63,998 nucleotides of DNA, taken from the IMG/VR virus record IMGVR_UViG_3300043408_000061, positions 1-63,998 of that record, one strand, 5' to 3'. The DNA comes from a virus. The number at the start of each line of letters is the position of its first letter. Position 1 is the stretch's first letter. The translations under genes and the position numbers were made by a program. This document shows positions 55,256 through 63,680 of the stretch, in pieces. The notes beneath the pieces were generated by a model. It was not told where the DNA came from and did no database searches. It saw only the letters and a program-made list of their open reading frames with translations.

Positions 55256-55495
55256 TTAGTATATCACAGTTTTTTCAGCAACGTATTTTTTCAGTTCTTC
55301 TGGAGTGAACACGTACAGCTCAAGCGACATGGCTTTTCCTGCACCGGTCTCACATTCCGTAGGATGGAAGTTTCGGGCGAGGTATTCAGCTGCATCCATG
55401 TGAATACGATTTTGAAAGTACGGCACTACGTCGGCTATGCTCATGCGTTCTGTAGCTTGTGGTATATTTACAACACATTTATAGTGATTCTTCAT
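55256..55495 (-). CDS. hypothetical protein
   Basis: 79-aa ORF. Confidence 0.5.
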   Translation of the reverse strand: MKNHYKCVVNIPQATERMSIADVVPYFQNRIHMDAAEYLARNFHPTECETGAGKAMSLELYVFTPEELKKYVAEKTVIY

Positions 55496-55815
55496 GCTGC
55501 CCTCTGTGCTTCAAACAAGCTGTAAAAATGTTCGTCATTGGCTATGTAACCCCATGGCGTGGTGACCACGTGGTTAGACGGACGCTTGTGTTGGCGGACG
55601 CCTTTCTCTGGCCAGTGGCCACAGCTCAGAAAGCGACGAGCTAGGTTCAGTGAGAAGTACCGCACCTTGGCACCGACGTTCACGTTGATACGTCCGTCGT
55701 TGTTAGGGTTGACACCACCTACGGGCACGCTACCACCAATGCGGTACACGACATTGCTACGTAGCTCGTACTTCTTGCGGATGAGGACTTCCTCTTGTGG
55801 CGTAGGTCTAATCAT
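55492..55815 (-). CDS. hypothetical protein
   Basis: 107-aa ORF with a 4-nt overlap. Confidence 0.5.
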   Translation of the reverse strand: MIRPTPQEEVLIRKKYELRSNVVYRIGGSVPVGGVNPNNDGRINVNVGAKVRYFSLNLARRFLSCGHWPEKGVRQHKRPSNHVVTTPWGYIANDEHFYSLFEAQRAA

Positions 55816-56167
55816 TTACCACCTCGTAGTCAATGGCAGAGTTCTCATCACACTCAGTGATACGAACCTTGATATTCGGCGCTTTATACGCCTGTTGTAT
55901 TTCAACAACATCACCAACACTCAACCCAGAGTAGTTGTACTTATCGTCTAGCAGTTGTTCGATGCTGCCTACGCAATCTTCACCCTCATCATTATCCCAA
56001 AACATGTTGGGTGGCAGTTCGATTGCAGCCTCAAGCGTTTTGATATGCCCACAAAGTATTGGGCTGTGGTGTAGCTGCGACTTCTCGTAGCCCCGCAGAT
56101 ATTCAAGTATTTCTTTTGCATCTGATGTAGTTAAATTAATCAAGTTGTACTCCAATCTTCCGTTCAC
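55808..56167 (-). CDS. hypothetical acidic protein
   Basis: 119-aa ORF. Confidence 0.5.
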   Translation of the reverse strand: MNGRLEYNLINLTTSDAKEILEYLRGYEKSQLHHSPILCGHIKTLEAAIELPPNMFWDNDEGEDCVGSIEQLLDDKYNYSGLSVGDVVEIQQAYKAPNIKVRITECDENSAIDYEVVND

Positions 56168-56441
56168 GAATATTAAAAACCAATTGCGCTGGGTGTAGGA
56201 TTTCGTTCTCCAGTAGAAACCATGTCAGGCTTGAACGATTGAAGCGCACGGACTGGTATATGAATTGCTTTTGGGCTTGATAGCTACGCTTCGAGATTAT
56301 CTCGAACGTATGCGGGTCGAGTGCCCAGGGTGCAAGGCTGCGGTCTGCAGCCCACGCTTTGAGCATAGCTTCCTGAGCAGGCCAATCATTGCGTATCGGG
56401 TTCTCTTTCCGCCACTCGGCTGTGCGCTTGGATGGTGTCAT
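56136..56441 (-). CDS. hypothetical protein
   Basis: The ATG at 56441 forms an ATGA overlap with the upstream small ORF. The track ORF extends to 56483 via TTG. Confidence 0.45.
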   Translation of the reverse strand: MTPSKRTAEWRKENPIRNDWPAQEAMLKAWAADRSLAPWALDPHTFEIISKRSYQAQKQFIYQSVRFNRSSLTWFLLENEILHPAQLVFNIRERKIGVQLD

Positions 56442-56596
56442 CGTAGCACCATAAGTGCAGAGGCTGCTATCAGCGGCACCCAAAAAAAGTAATGTAAAGA
56501 TTCACTAGCTGCTGTGCGGCCATCTGCGCTCAGTATTATTTGACTGATGAGTACGCCCGTGGCAATACCAAGGAGCATTGTGCTTATGTATATCAT
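56438..56596 (-). CDS. small membrane protein (52 aa)
   Basis: My own translation is MIYISTMLLGIATGVLISQIIL...FFWVPLIAASALMVLR. ATGA overlaps occur at both ends. Confidence 0.4.
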   Translation of the reverse strand: MIYISTMLLGIATGVLISQIILSADGRTAASESLHYFFWVPLIAASALMVLR

Positions 56597-56943
56597 CGTA
56601 GCAGCCCCATTTCAATAGCCTTGAGACATGTGTGTGCAGCGATTGCGTTAGCGCCGTTTACTACACTACCCATTGACCATGGCATCACGGTGGAGAAGTC
56701 GTTGACCCCACCCAAATACTGAATAATGTAATCACCCCGTGCTTCACCACAGCCCCTATAGAACTGGCGGAATCTTCGCATGTCGCTCATGTTTGTAACA
56801 TCAACCGACACAATGTTTGCCTTGGATATGCTTACGGTATCTAGGTGAACCGCCCATGTGCCAAGCCCCACATCCACGTACTTTGTCTGCGCGTCAGCTT
56901 GAAAACAAATAGCTGCAAGCAATGCGATGATTAGTCTTGGCAT
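56593..56943 (-). CDS. secreted/periplasmic protein
   Basis: Signal-peptide-like MPRLIIALLAAICFQADA|Q. Confidence 0.55.
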   Translation of the reverse strand: MPRLIIALLAAICFQADAQTKYVDVGLGTWAVHLDTVSISKANIVSVDVTNMSDMRRFRQFYRGCGEARGDYIIQYLGGVNDFSTVMPWSMGSVVNGANAIAAHTCLKAIEMGLLR

Positions 56944-57101
56944 GGGTGCTCCTCGACTGTAAAGAACGCGTTGCGCAATGTTAGTTCACCTGTCCCAGTG
57001 TCGAACACCGACCACTCATCGTCGTCGTCCATGCTTACAAGTTTTCCGATAAATTGCCCTTTTCGCTGATGTGTGATGATATAAATCTTACCTATCTCCA
57101 T
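56931..57101 (-). CDS. small acidic ORF (56 aa)
   Basis: My own translation is MEIGKIYIITHQRKGQFIGKLVSMDDDDEW.... Short overlaps with both neighbours. Confidence 0.35.
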   Translation of the reverse strand: MEIGKIYIITHQRKGQFIGKLVSMDDDDEWSVFDTGTGELTLRNAFFTVEEHPCQD

Positions 57102-57502
57102 GTCGTTCTCCCTTCGTCTGTAAATTGTAACTCTGTAATCTTCTTTAGCATCTCGTCTCGGTCACGTCGCCGTTGTAGGCAGCGCTCACGGTTGTCGAGG
57201 TAGTATTGTGGGTCTGTGACTTTCTTTTTCTGCACTCGACTACGCCTGCGACTGTTGGCCAGCTGATGCAGCTCTGACGCCAATGGCCTGGGCGCATTGC
57301 GCTTGGCGCCTTTCATCAGCATGGGGTTGTTTCCAAGTTGAGCAGAAGCGATGTAGATAACCTTGGCTGCAAGCATCAGCTTCACGATGTCAAGCACGTA
57401 GCCCTTGGCGGTCAAGCCTTTGGCCTGTAAGTCTTTCAACGTGATAGGCAGCTCACGGAATATGAGCTTGGCTAGGGTGTTGACTTCAAGCAGATGGCTC
57501 AA
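57092..57502 (-). CDS. basic hypothetical protein (start uncertain; TTG at 57502 preceded by GGAG)
   Basis: The track ORF runs to 57580 but overlaps 57486..57668. The C-terminal half is Arg/Lys-rich. Confidence 0.45.
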   Translation of the reverse strand: MSHLLEVNTLAKLIFRELPITLKDLQAKGLTAKGYVLDIVKLMLAAKVIYIASAQLGNNPMLMKGAKRNAPRPLASELHQLANSRRRSRVQKKKVTDPQYYLDNRERCLQRRRDRDEMLKKITELQFTDEGRTTWR

Positions 57503-57668
57503 GCTGTGACTCCAATCGCTTGATTGCGTTGTTGATGTAGAACAAGTCGGACTCGTTCTTGTCGTGCTCCAGCTCAGCATCTACCAGCATCGTGCGGAGT
57601 TTGGCCAGCTGCTGACGGCGGATGGTCTGCGGGTCATTGACCTTGGTGAATAGCTTAAAGATGTTCAT
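57486..57668 (-). CDS. hypothetical protein
   Basis: 60-aa helical ORF. Confidence 0.45.
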   Translation of the reverse strand: MNIFKLFTKVNDPQTIRRQQLAKLRTMLVDAELEHDKNESDLFYINNAIKRLESQLEPSA

Positions 57669-57874
57669 GTCGGGTTGGTCGTGTCTGTTATCGGTCGTGC
57701 GGTTGTGAAGTGTATTAGCCCACGAATGAGCTTGTCACGTGCTGCGAATGCTGCATCTTTTGTAGCGTAGCGAGTGGCGTGAAACTCCTCGCCGCGCTTG
57801 ACGTAATACTTCTTGCAGTACGTGACAATCTTCAATGGCTCAGTTGCTGCCATAGAAGAACTCGTAGTTGCCAA
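57665..57874 (-). CDS. hypothetical protein
   Basis: 69-aa ORF with a 4-nt overlap. Confidence 0.45.
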   Translation of the reverse strand: MATTSSSMAATEPLKIVTYCKKYYVKRGEEFHATRYATKDAAFAARDKLIRGLIHFTTARPITDTTNPT

Positions 57875-58088
57875 TCGAGTGCGCTGGGATGGTGGCCAAT
57901 GTGTTAGCTTTCAGCTCGAAAGCCGTGGTGAACACATCGATAGTTGCTGTGTGGTCAGGCTTATTGGTCACTGCGTCACGCGCCACGCGGTAGCTGTAGC
58001 CTTCAGCACGCAAGCGTTGCGTCTCAATGCTGAAGTTGTCAGCTGCTTGCTGTTCGTTCTGGGATTTGATTTGGTTTAAGCCGTGCAT
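57840..58088 (-). CDS. hypothetical protein, first gene after the early terminator
   Basis: 82 aa. AAAGGA upstream. Confidence 0.5.
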   Translation of the reverse strand: MHGLNQIKSQNEQQAADNFSIETQRLRAEGYSYRVARDAVTNKPDHTATIDVFTTAFELKANTLATIPAHSIGNYEFFYGSN

Positions 58089-58119
58089 TTGAAGTTCCTT
58101 TGCTGTTAGTGAAGTGTAT

Positions 58120-58128
58120 AGTATACCA
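58120..58128 (-). promoter_or_regulatory. extended -10-like element TGGTATACT (minus strand)
   Basis: The reverse complement reads CATGGTATACTATACACTTCACTAACAGCAAAGGAACTTCAAATG. Confidence 0.4.
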
Positions 58129-58133
58129 TGGTT

Positions 58134-58310
58134 TTAGGTATTTAGCGGGCTGTATGGAAATATTTTTCGTTCGTTGTTTTCGCGCCACTCTTTTGCTTCG
58201 GCTAATGTCTTGAAGCGTTTGGCGTACGGCTTACCGTTTATGTATATCTGTGCCTTAAAGCCGTTTCGGTTTCTACTCACGCCTTTGACCCCTAGCCTAT
58301 TGCCTGTGCA
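58134..58310 (-). pseudogene. orphan AP2-like domain ORF (remnant of an HNH-AP2 endonuclease, or a stand-alone small DNA-binding protein)
   Basis: My own translation is ...TGNRLGVKGVSRNRNGFKAQIYINGKPYAKRFKTLAEAKEWRENNERKIF.... There is no ATG, only a GTG at 58280. No HNH part lies upstream, because the terminator is there. Confidence 0.45.
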
Positions 58311-58313
58311 GGA

Positions 58314-58372
58314 GGGAAAAAGAAAAGCGCTTAACTAGTTGTACCCGTGACAAGAGAAGACTAGTTAAGCGC
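58314..58372 (-). terminator. Rho-independent terminator closing the early leftward operon
   Basis: 13-bp perfect stem: GCGCTTAACTAGT (58327-58339) with ACTAGTTAAGCGC (58360-58372). 20-nt loop. Followed on the minus strand by TTTTCTTTTTCCC. Confidence 0.75.
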
Positions 58373-58459
58373 CCAGCAGGTCACTAATGAAGCGACTGGC
58401 ATTCATACAACCTTAAAAGCCCGAAGAACTCGGCGGGAGGGTGTAATACTAAGATTGTA

Positions 58460-59275
58460 TCACAGTTTTACCCTCAACCCCATCTTTGCCCTTGGCCACC
58501 AATCCTCAACGTAATCTTCGATACCTGTGCCATTGGTGTAAACCCGAAGCAATGCACCCTTGACGGTGGCGTATGCCGTGGTGTCCTTGTGCTGGCTGTA
58601 AGCCTTAGCCCCGACTGCCATGGCGATGGCGATACAGCCCTCGCCACGGGCTTTGGCTACTGACCCCTGCACCGTAGCATAAGAGCGTGAATTTGGTGCC
58701 AATGCGCAAGCCGTTGCGTGCACACTCTTGGCGAACAACTCCTGCCCCTCACGTGAGGTGGTCACGGTGGCGTCACCCATCGCGTACCCCGTGTTGAACT
58801 CAGGCGGTAGCACATGCTCACCTGTGTAGTACGCCATGACCCTGCCGCCCTGTATCTTACGCTTATCGCGTGAGTGCTTAGTGCGTGCAGGCTTTGCCTC
58901 TTTGCGCCCTCTAGCCCTGTCGGCGTACTGACGCGGGTACTTACAGAACAAGCACTGACGGTTGTCGATGTCGCGTGGCGCGTAGTGCCCATGTACACAC
59001 GGCTTGTATGAGAGATAAAACCCCAAGCCTTTGGCAATGGCTTCGTCGCGTGTGGCGGGTAGTGTCTGACTCAGGGCGTGCGCCACGATGTCAGGGCGTT
59101 GCACCTTAGCAACCGTGTTCTTCTTGATGCTCTTGCCCATGCACTCAGTGCAGAGGCGTGACGCCACGAACCGAGGGGCGCTGTGTCCACGCTTACATGG
59201 CTTGTCAACGGTGTAATACATCAAGCCTTGCTCAATGGCGTCGTGTCGGTCTATCGGGTGCATATCAGTTAACAT
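58460..59275 (-). CDS. protein with two N-terminal PC..GH..PR...C..C zinc-ribbon-like modules
   Basis: Contains YYTVDKPCKRGHSAPRFVASRLCTEC and YLSYKPCVHGHYAPRDIDNRQCLFC. Confidence 0.6.
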   Translation of the reverse strand: MLTDMHPIDRHDAIEQGLMYYTVDKPCKRGHSAPRFVASRLCTECMGKSIKKNTVAKVQRPDIVAHALSQTLPATRDEAIAKGLGFYLSYKPCVHGHYAPRDIDNRQCLFCKYPRQYADRARGRKEAKPARTKHSRDKRKIQGGRVMAYYTGEHVLPPEFNTGYAMGDATVTTSREGQELFAKSVHATACALAPNSRSYATVQGSVAKARGEGCIAIAMAVGAKAYSQHKDTTAYATVKGALLRVYTNGTGIEDYVEDWWPRAKMGLRVKL

Positions 59276-59483
59276 CGAATAGCTCCGAGTTAAAAGTCTT
59301 GCGCTCTTGTTTTAGTAGCACTCGACGGTTGGCTGGGTTGCGGATGGTGCGGTACACATCACGCGTTACCGCACGCCAGCCGCTTGGGGTGTATAGTTGG
59401 TAGGTAACATCTTTTGAGAGTGAATCCCAATCGATGTCGGCTGTCGCCCCTACAAGACGAGCAGTAGAAGTAGTATCATGCAT
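59265..59483 (-). CDS. hypothetical early protein
   Basis: 72-aa ORF. Confidence 0.45.
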   Translation of the reverse strand: MHDTTSTARLVGATADIDWDSLSKDVTYQLYTPSGWRAVTRDVYRTIRNPANRRVLLKQERKTFNSELFDVN

Positions 59484-59490
59484 ATAAAAA

Positions 59491-59841
59491 TCAAGGCTGC
59501 AGCCCGTGTCCGATGGCCATATTTTTCAGGGCTTCTGGCCAGTTATGCACAAGTATGTTGTCATGCACGCCTTGCAGATTACTGATGAGACTATGCACAT
59601 TTGAGTCTGTGCTTATAGAATCTCGTAGCTTCGGGTATCTATTGCATACTGAACCCCAGCTCAACTCTAATTCCCCTGCGTCCATGTCTGGGCGGTACAT
59701 CTCATCAAGTATCAAGCACCCAGCGGCACACATTAGCCCGTTATCACCTCTGTATTGGCAACGGTTGTATACGTTCGTGCTCCGAGCGTTCTGCTTGAGC
59801 ATGTGGTCGCGCACTTTGTTAAAGACTTCTTGTTTGTTCAT
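59491..59841 (-). CDS. hypothetical early protein
   Basis: 116-aa ORF. Confidence 0.55.
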   Translation of the reverse strand: MNKQEVFNKVRDHMLKQNARSTNVYNRCQYRGDNGLMCAAGCLILDEMYRPDMDAGELELSWGSVCNRYPKLRDSISTDSNVHSLISNLQGVHDNILVHNWPEALKNMAIGHGLQP

Positions 59842-60164
59842 AGTGATATATCCTTTCCCTCTGATACGTTGATTGTCGGCAGCTTCTCGCGTACATAGCC
59901 CTCAATGATTAGGTCATCGGCGTGGTCGCGCCAGTCACCGTGTTCGTCGATGTAGGCGTCGTATGTGCGACCCGATAGAACATGCTCTACGCGGTGGCTG
60001 TCGTTCGGGTAATGCTCTGGGTCGTAGCGCAGTGCCCCACACCCCAAAAGTTTATCAATCAAGTGGTCGTCGCCAAGCTCGTAGTCGAGGCGTGATACTT
60101 GGAAGTCGTAGCCAAACTCGGTGCTTACGTTGATGTGTTGACCCTCAAATACAATCGTTTTCAT
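59838..60164 (-). CDS. hypothetical acidic early protein
   Basis: 108 aa with a 4-nt overlap. Confidence 0.55.
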   Translation of the reverse strand: MKTIVFEGQHINVSTEFGYDFQVSRLDYELGDDHLIDKLLGCGALRYDPEHYPNDSHRVEHVLSGRTYDAYIDEHGDWRDHADDLIIEGYVREKLPTINVSEGKDISL

Positions 60165-60553
60165 ACAATCTCTCCCAATGCGCGAAGCGTTTTAATCATG
60201 AAGTTTCTGTTGCTCGATGTAATCTCTGAGCCTGTCTTGTCGCACACCCAAACCCACGTACCCTCGTCGGCAGCGTGTGTGATTACGCCTGTCTTAGTTG
60301 AACATGCGTCGATGCTCTTGTCGAAAAATATAGGTGCGTCGCCATATTCAAGCCAGCGGTCAACGACGCGTTCTTCAAAGTCGTCGCTGCCATCGTGCTG
60401 GAAGCACTTGACGGGGATGCTGCCACCGTAATAGTGTTGAGCGCTGGCGTACAGCGCCCACGTTGTCTTGTCGTTATCGTGTATCAAGTACCCTCTGATG
60501 TGGTCTGATTCAACGAACGCGCAGTTGAGTGAGTCTTCTGTGTATTTAAGCAT
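60161..60553 (-). CDS. hypothetical early protein
   Basis: 130 aa. Confidence 0.55.
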   Translation of the reverse strand: MLKYTEDSLNCAFVESDHIRGYLIHDNDKTTWALYASAQHYYGGSIPVKCFQHDGSDDFEERVVDRWLEYGDAPIFFDKSIDACSTKTGVITHAADEGTWVWVCDKTGSEITSSNRNFMIKTLRALGEIV

Positions 60554-60556
60554 GGT

Positions 60557-60883
60557 TCAATCCTCTGATGGTGTGATTACTTCGACCAAGCCTTTCAGCT
60601 CGACGTTTGAATTGACAGCGTACCATGTGCGGTCTTTGATGTAGGCTTCTCCAGCGTAGCCAGCGTACTGATGCACGTCATAGATTACATCTTCAGCGTA
60701 GAGGCTGTCGGTCGGGTCATTGATGATGACGCCTTGGCGCAGGAAGAAGTCAATCAATTCGCTTTCGCTGAGGGCAAACTCGTCGGGTGTGCATACGTAT
60801 ATTACTTGGTTGTCGTTGAAGCGTGTATGTTCAAGCGCTACTTGGTAGTCATACCCGTCATGGGTGAGGATTCTGGTAGTCAT
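60557..60883 (-). CDS. hypothetical acidic early protein
   Basis: 108 aa. Confidence 0.55.
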   Translation of the reverse strand: MTTRILTHDGYDYQVALEHTRFNDNQVIYVCTPDEFALSESELIDFFLRQGVIINDPTDSLYAEDVIYDVHQYAGYAGEAYIKDRTWYAVNSNVELKGLVEVITPSED

Positions 60884-60926
60884 GTTTTTCTCCTTTGTGT
60901 TGTGAGTGAAGTTAGTATATCAGGGT

Positions 60927-61184
60927 TTAGCGAAGTTGCTCGAACATCTTTGTAAAAGTTTGTAACGATACATTCCCGATAATCTTTTCGCCATCGGTCT
61001 CAATCACGGCAATCGGGTTGCAGAACTGGTCGAGCAGTGCCACGTAGGTGAAGAGTCCGTCTTCAATCACCACGCCTGTGGGTTGGATGCCACGCGCAAA
61101 GAACTTGGCTGCCAGCTCTGGCGGTTTGGTGTTGTGTCGTCCGAATTGATAGTAAATTTTAGTCATGTAGTAGTCCTGTTGCAT
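60927..61184 (-). CDS. hypothetical early protein (start 61184 or 61166)
   Basis: The internal ATG at 61184 is preceded by AAGGGGG. The track ORF extends to 61307 but overlaps 61159..61386. Confidence 0.45.
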   Translation of the reverse strand: MQQDYYMTKIYYQFGRHNTKPPELAAKFFARGIQPTGVVIEDGLFTYVALLDQFCNPIAVIETDGEKIIGNVSLQTFTKMFEQLR

Positions 61185-61386
61185 ATTCAACCCCCTTGAC
61201 AAAGTAATACTTTGCGTTGCTGCGGGATACTGTTCCTTCTTTTTCGTGTGCCTCGTCGTATGCCGCATCAAATGCCGCATCTTGTCTAGCTCGCCTGATT
61301 CGTTCAATGGCTGCCGTCCAATCAGCAGGGCTTCCTGCGGTGGCTTCGTAGTTGAGTATGATTCTGTGCGCTTCGTCTAGTGTCAT
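61159..61386 (-). CDS. hypothetical early protein
   Basis: 75 aa. ATGA overlap with paralog copy 1. Confidence 0.5.
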   Translation of the reverse strand: MTLDEAHRIILNYEATAGSPADWTAAIERIRRARQDAAFDAAYDEAHEKEGTVSRSNAKYYFVKGVEYATGLLHD

Positions 61387-61880
61387 GCGAATATCTCCTT
61401 GAAAATTTCGATTTGGGCTTCACGCTCTGATGCTTCTGCTGCCCATGCTGCTCCACGTGCTGCCCATGCTGCTGCCTGTGATGCTGCCTGTGATGCTGAT
61501 GCTACTGGTTCTACTGCCCGTGATGCGTATGCTGCTGCCCGTGATGCGTATGCTGCTGCTGCTACTGCTTCCCAGCCTGCTGCGTGAAGCTCTGCCTTGG
61601 TCGCAGTGCCGTCGAGATAGCGCTCGGTTACATCGTTGCACGCCTTAGCTGCTGGGTTTAGGTGCTCAACACGTCGGGCGACGGCTAAGGCGAAGCGCTG
61701 AGTGCGCTCAGGTGTTGGCTCAGTACGTAAGCACCAGATTGCATCATCTAAACCATTGCTTTCAAGTACGGTCAGGAGCGATAGCGGTTCGTCATCACCT
61801 TTGGTTTTGCCTAGGTGCTTTAGCAGTTTAGTCCAGCCGTCTGAGCATGGAGAGTGATAGCGGATGTCATTGAGTGTCAT
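61383..61880 (-). CDS. Ala-rich-tail paralog, copy 1
   Basis: 165 aa. Conserved head MTLNDIRYHSPCSDGWTKLL..., a 52-aa variable tract with AAAYASR duplicated, and tail SEREAQIEIFKEIFA. Confidence 0.8.
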   Translation of the reverse strand: MTLNDIRYHSPCSDGWTKLLKHLGKTKGDDEPLSLLTVLESNGLDDAIWCLRTEPTPERTQRFALAVARRVEHLNPAAKACNDVTERYLDGTATKAELHAAGWEAVAAAAYASRAAAYASRAVEPVASASQAASQAAAWAARGAAWAAEASEREAQIEIFKEIFA

Positions 61881-62404
61881 GCGAATATCTCCTTGAAAAT
61901 TTCGATTTGGGCTTCACGCTCTGATGCTGCACGTGCTGCTCCTGCTGCTGCACGTGCTGCGGCTGCCCATGCTGCTGATGATGCTACTGCTGCTGCCTGT
62001 GCTACTGCTGCGTCTGCTGCGTCTACTGCGTGTGCTGCTGACCATGCTGCTGCTGCTGCGTCTGCTGCGTCTGCTGCCCATGCTGCTGCTGCTGCGTCTG
62101 CTGCTGCATCAAGCTCTGCCTCGGTCGCAGTGCCGTCGAGATAGCGTTCGGTTACATCGTTGCACGCCTTAGCTGCTGGGTTTAGGTGCTCAACACGTCG
62201 GACGACGGCTAAGGCGAAGCGCTGAGTGCGCTCAGGTGTAGGCTCAGTACGTAAGCACCAGATTGCATCCTTTAAACCATTGCTTTCGAGTACGGTCAGG
62301 AGTGATAGCGGTTCGTCATCGCCTTTGGTTTTTCCTAGGTGCTTTAGAAGTTTAGTCCAGCCATCTGAGCATGGAGTGCTATAGCGAATGTCATTGAGTG
62401 TCAT
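61877..62404 (-). CDS. Ala-rich-tail paralog, copy 2
   Basis: 175 aa with the same head and tail and a 62-aa variable tract. Confidence 0.8.
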   Translation of the reverse strand: MTLNDIRYSTPCSDGWTKLLKHLGKTKGDDEPLSLLTVLESNGLKDAIWCLRTEPTPERTQRFALAVVRRVEHLNPAAKACNDVTERYLDGTATEAELDAAADAAAAAWAADAADAAAAAWSAAHAVDAADAAVAQAAAVASSAAWAAAARAAAGAARAASEREAQIEIFKEIFA

Positions 62405-62907
62405 GCGAATAGCTCCGTGAAAATTTCTACATGGGCTTCACGCTCTGATGCGTCTGCTGCCCATGCTGCTGATGCTGCCCATGCTGCTGCTGCTGCTGCT
62501 GCTACGGCTGCCCATGATGCTGCGTCTACTGCGTGTGCTGCTGACCATGCTGCTGCTGCTGCGTCTGCTGCGTCTGCTGCCCATGCTGCTGCTGCTGCGT
62601 CTGCTGCTGCATCAAGCTCTGCCTCGGTCGCAGTGCCGTCGAGATAGCGTTCGGTTACATCGTTGCACGCCTTAGCTGCTGGGTTTAGGTGCTCAACACG
62701 TCTAGCGACGGCTAAGGCGAAGCGCTGTGTGCGCTCAGGTGTTGGCTCAGTACGTAAGCACCAGATTGCATCATCTAAACCGTTGCTTTCGAGTACGGTC
62801 AGGAGTGATAGCGGTTCGTCGTCGCCTTTGGTTTTGCCTAGGTGCTTTAGAAGTTTAGTCCAGCCATCTGAGCATGGGCCATGAGAGCGAATGTCATTGA
62901 GTGTCAT
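62401..62907 (-). CDS. Ala-rich-tail paralog, copy 3
   Basis: 168 aa. The first 32 aa of the tract are identical to copy 2, then the two diverge. Confidence 0.8.
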   Translation of the reverse strand: MTLNDIRSHGPCSDGWTKLLKHLGKTKGDDEPLSLLTVLESNGLDDAIWCLRTEPTPERTQRFALAVARRVEHLNPAAKACNDVTERYLDGTATEAELDAAADAAAAAWAADAADAAAAAWSAAHAVDAASWAAVAAAAAAAWAASAAWAADASEREAHVEIFTELFA

Positions 62908-63140
62908 ACTGCGTCCCCTAAGTAGCTGTTGAACTTGGTGCGTGGGTGCGCGGCTGCGTACTGTTTAGCCAGCGTGCGAGTGTCGAACACGATGGGGATG
63001 ATGTCGTGATTTGGAAAGCCCAAGGCGTCGAGCGTTACGAGCACGCTTTTGCCTTGGCTCAGGGCTTGCTTGCGAAGCTGTGCATTGTGGTGGATGACGG
63101 CTTGCAGATTTTGAGTGATGATTTGGGTGATGCCTTGCAT
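62904..63140 (-). CDS. hypothetical protein interrupting the paralog array
   Basis: 78 aa, unrelated sequence. ATGA overlap with copy 3. Confidence 0.55.
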   Translation of the reverse strand: MQGITQIITQNLQAVIHHNAQLRKQALSQGKSVLVTLDALGFPNHDIIPIVFDTRTLAKQYAAAHPRTKFNSYLGDAV

Positions 63141-63143
63141 GGT

Positions 63144-63676
63144 TTAATCCTTAAAAATGGTCTTGAAAATTTCTACATGGGCTTCACGCTCTGTCCATGC
63201 TGCTGCGTCTGCTGCTGCTGCTGCGTCTGCTGCTGCTGCTGCGTCTGCTGCGTATGCTGCTGCTGCTGCTGCTGCTGCTGCGTCTGCTGCTGCTGCTGCT
63301 GCTGCTGCGTCTGCTGCTGCGGCTGCTGCTGCTGCGTCTGCTGCTGCTGCTGCTGCGTCTGCTGCGTCTGCTGCGTCTGCTGCGTCAAGCTCTGCCTCGG
63401 TCGCAGTGCCGTCGAGATAGCGTTCGGTTACCTCGTTGCACGCCTTAGCTGCTGGGCTTAGGTGCTCAATGCGTCGGGCAATAGCTAAGGCGAAGCGCTG
63501 AGTGCGCTCAGGCGTAGGCTCAGTACGTAAGCACCAGATTGCATCATCTAAACCGTTGCTTTCGAGTACGGTCAGGAGTGATAGCGGTTCGTCGTCGCCT
63601 TTGGTTTTGCCTAGGTGCTTTAGCAGTTTAGTCCAGCCGCCTAAACATGGAGTGTGATAGCGAATGTCATTGAGTG

Positions 63677-63680
<4 letters not shown>
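63144..63680 (-). CDS. Ala-rich-tail paralog, copy 4
   Basis: 178 aa. The tract is almost pure (A5-9 D)n. Confidence 0.8.
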
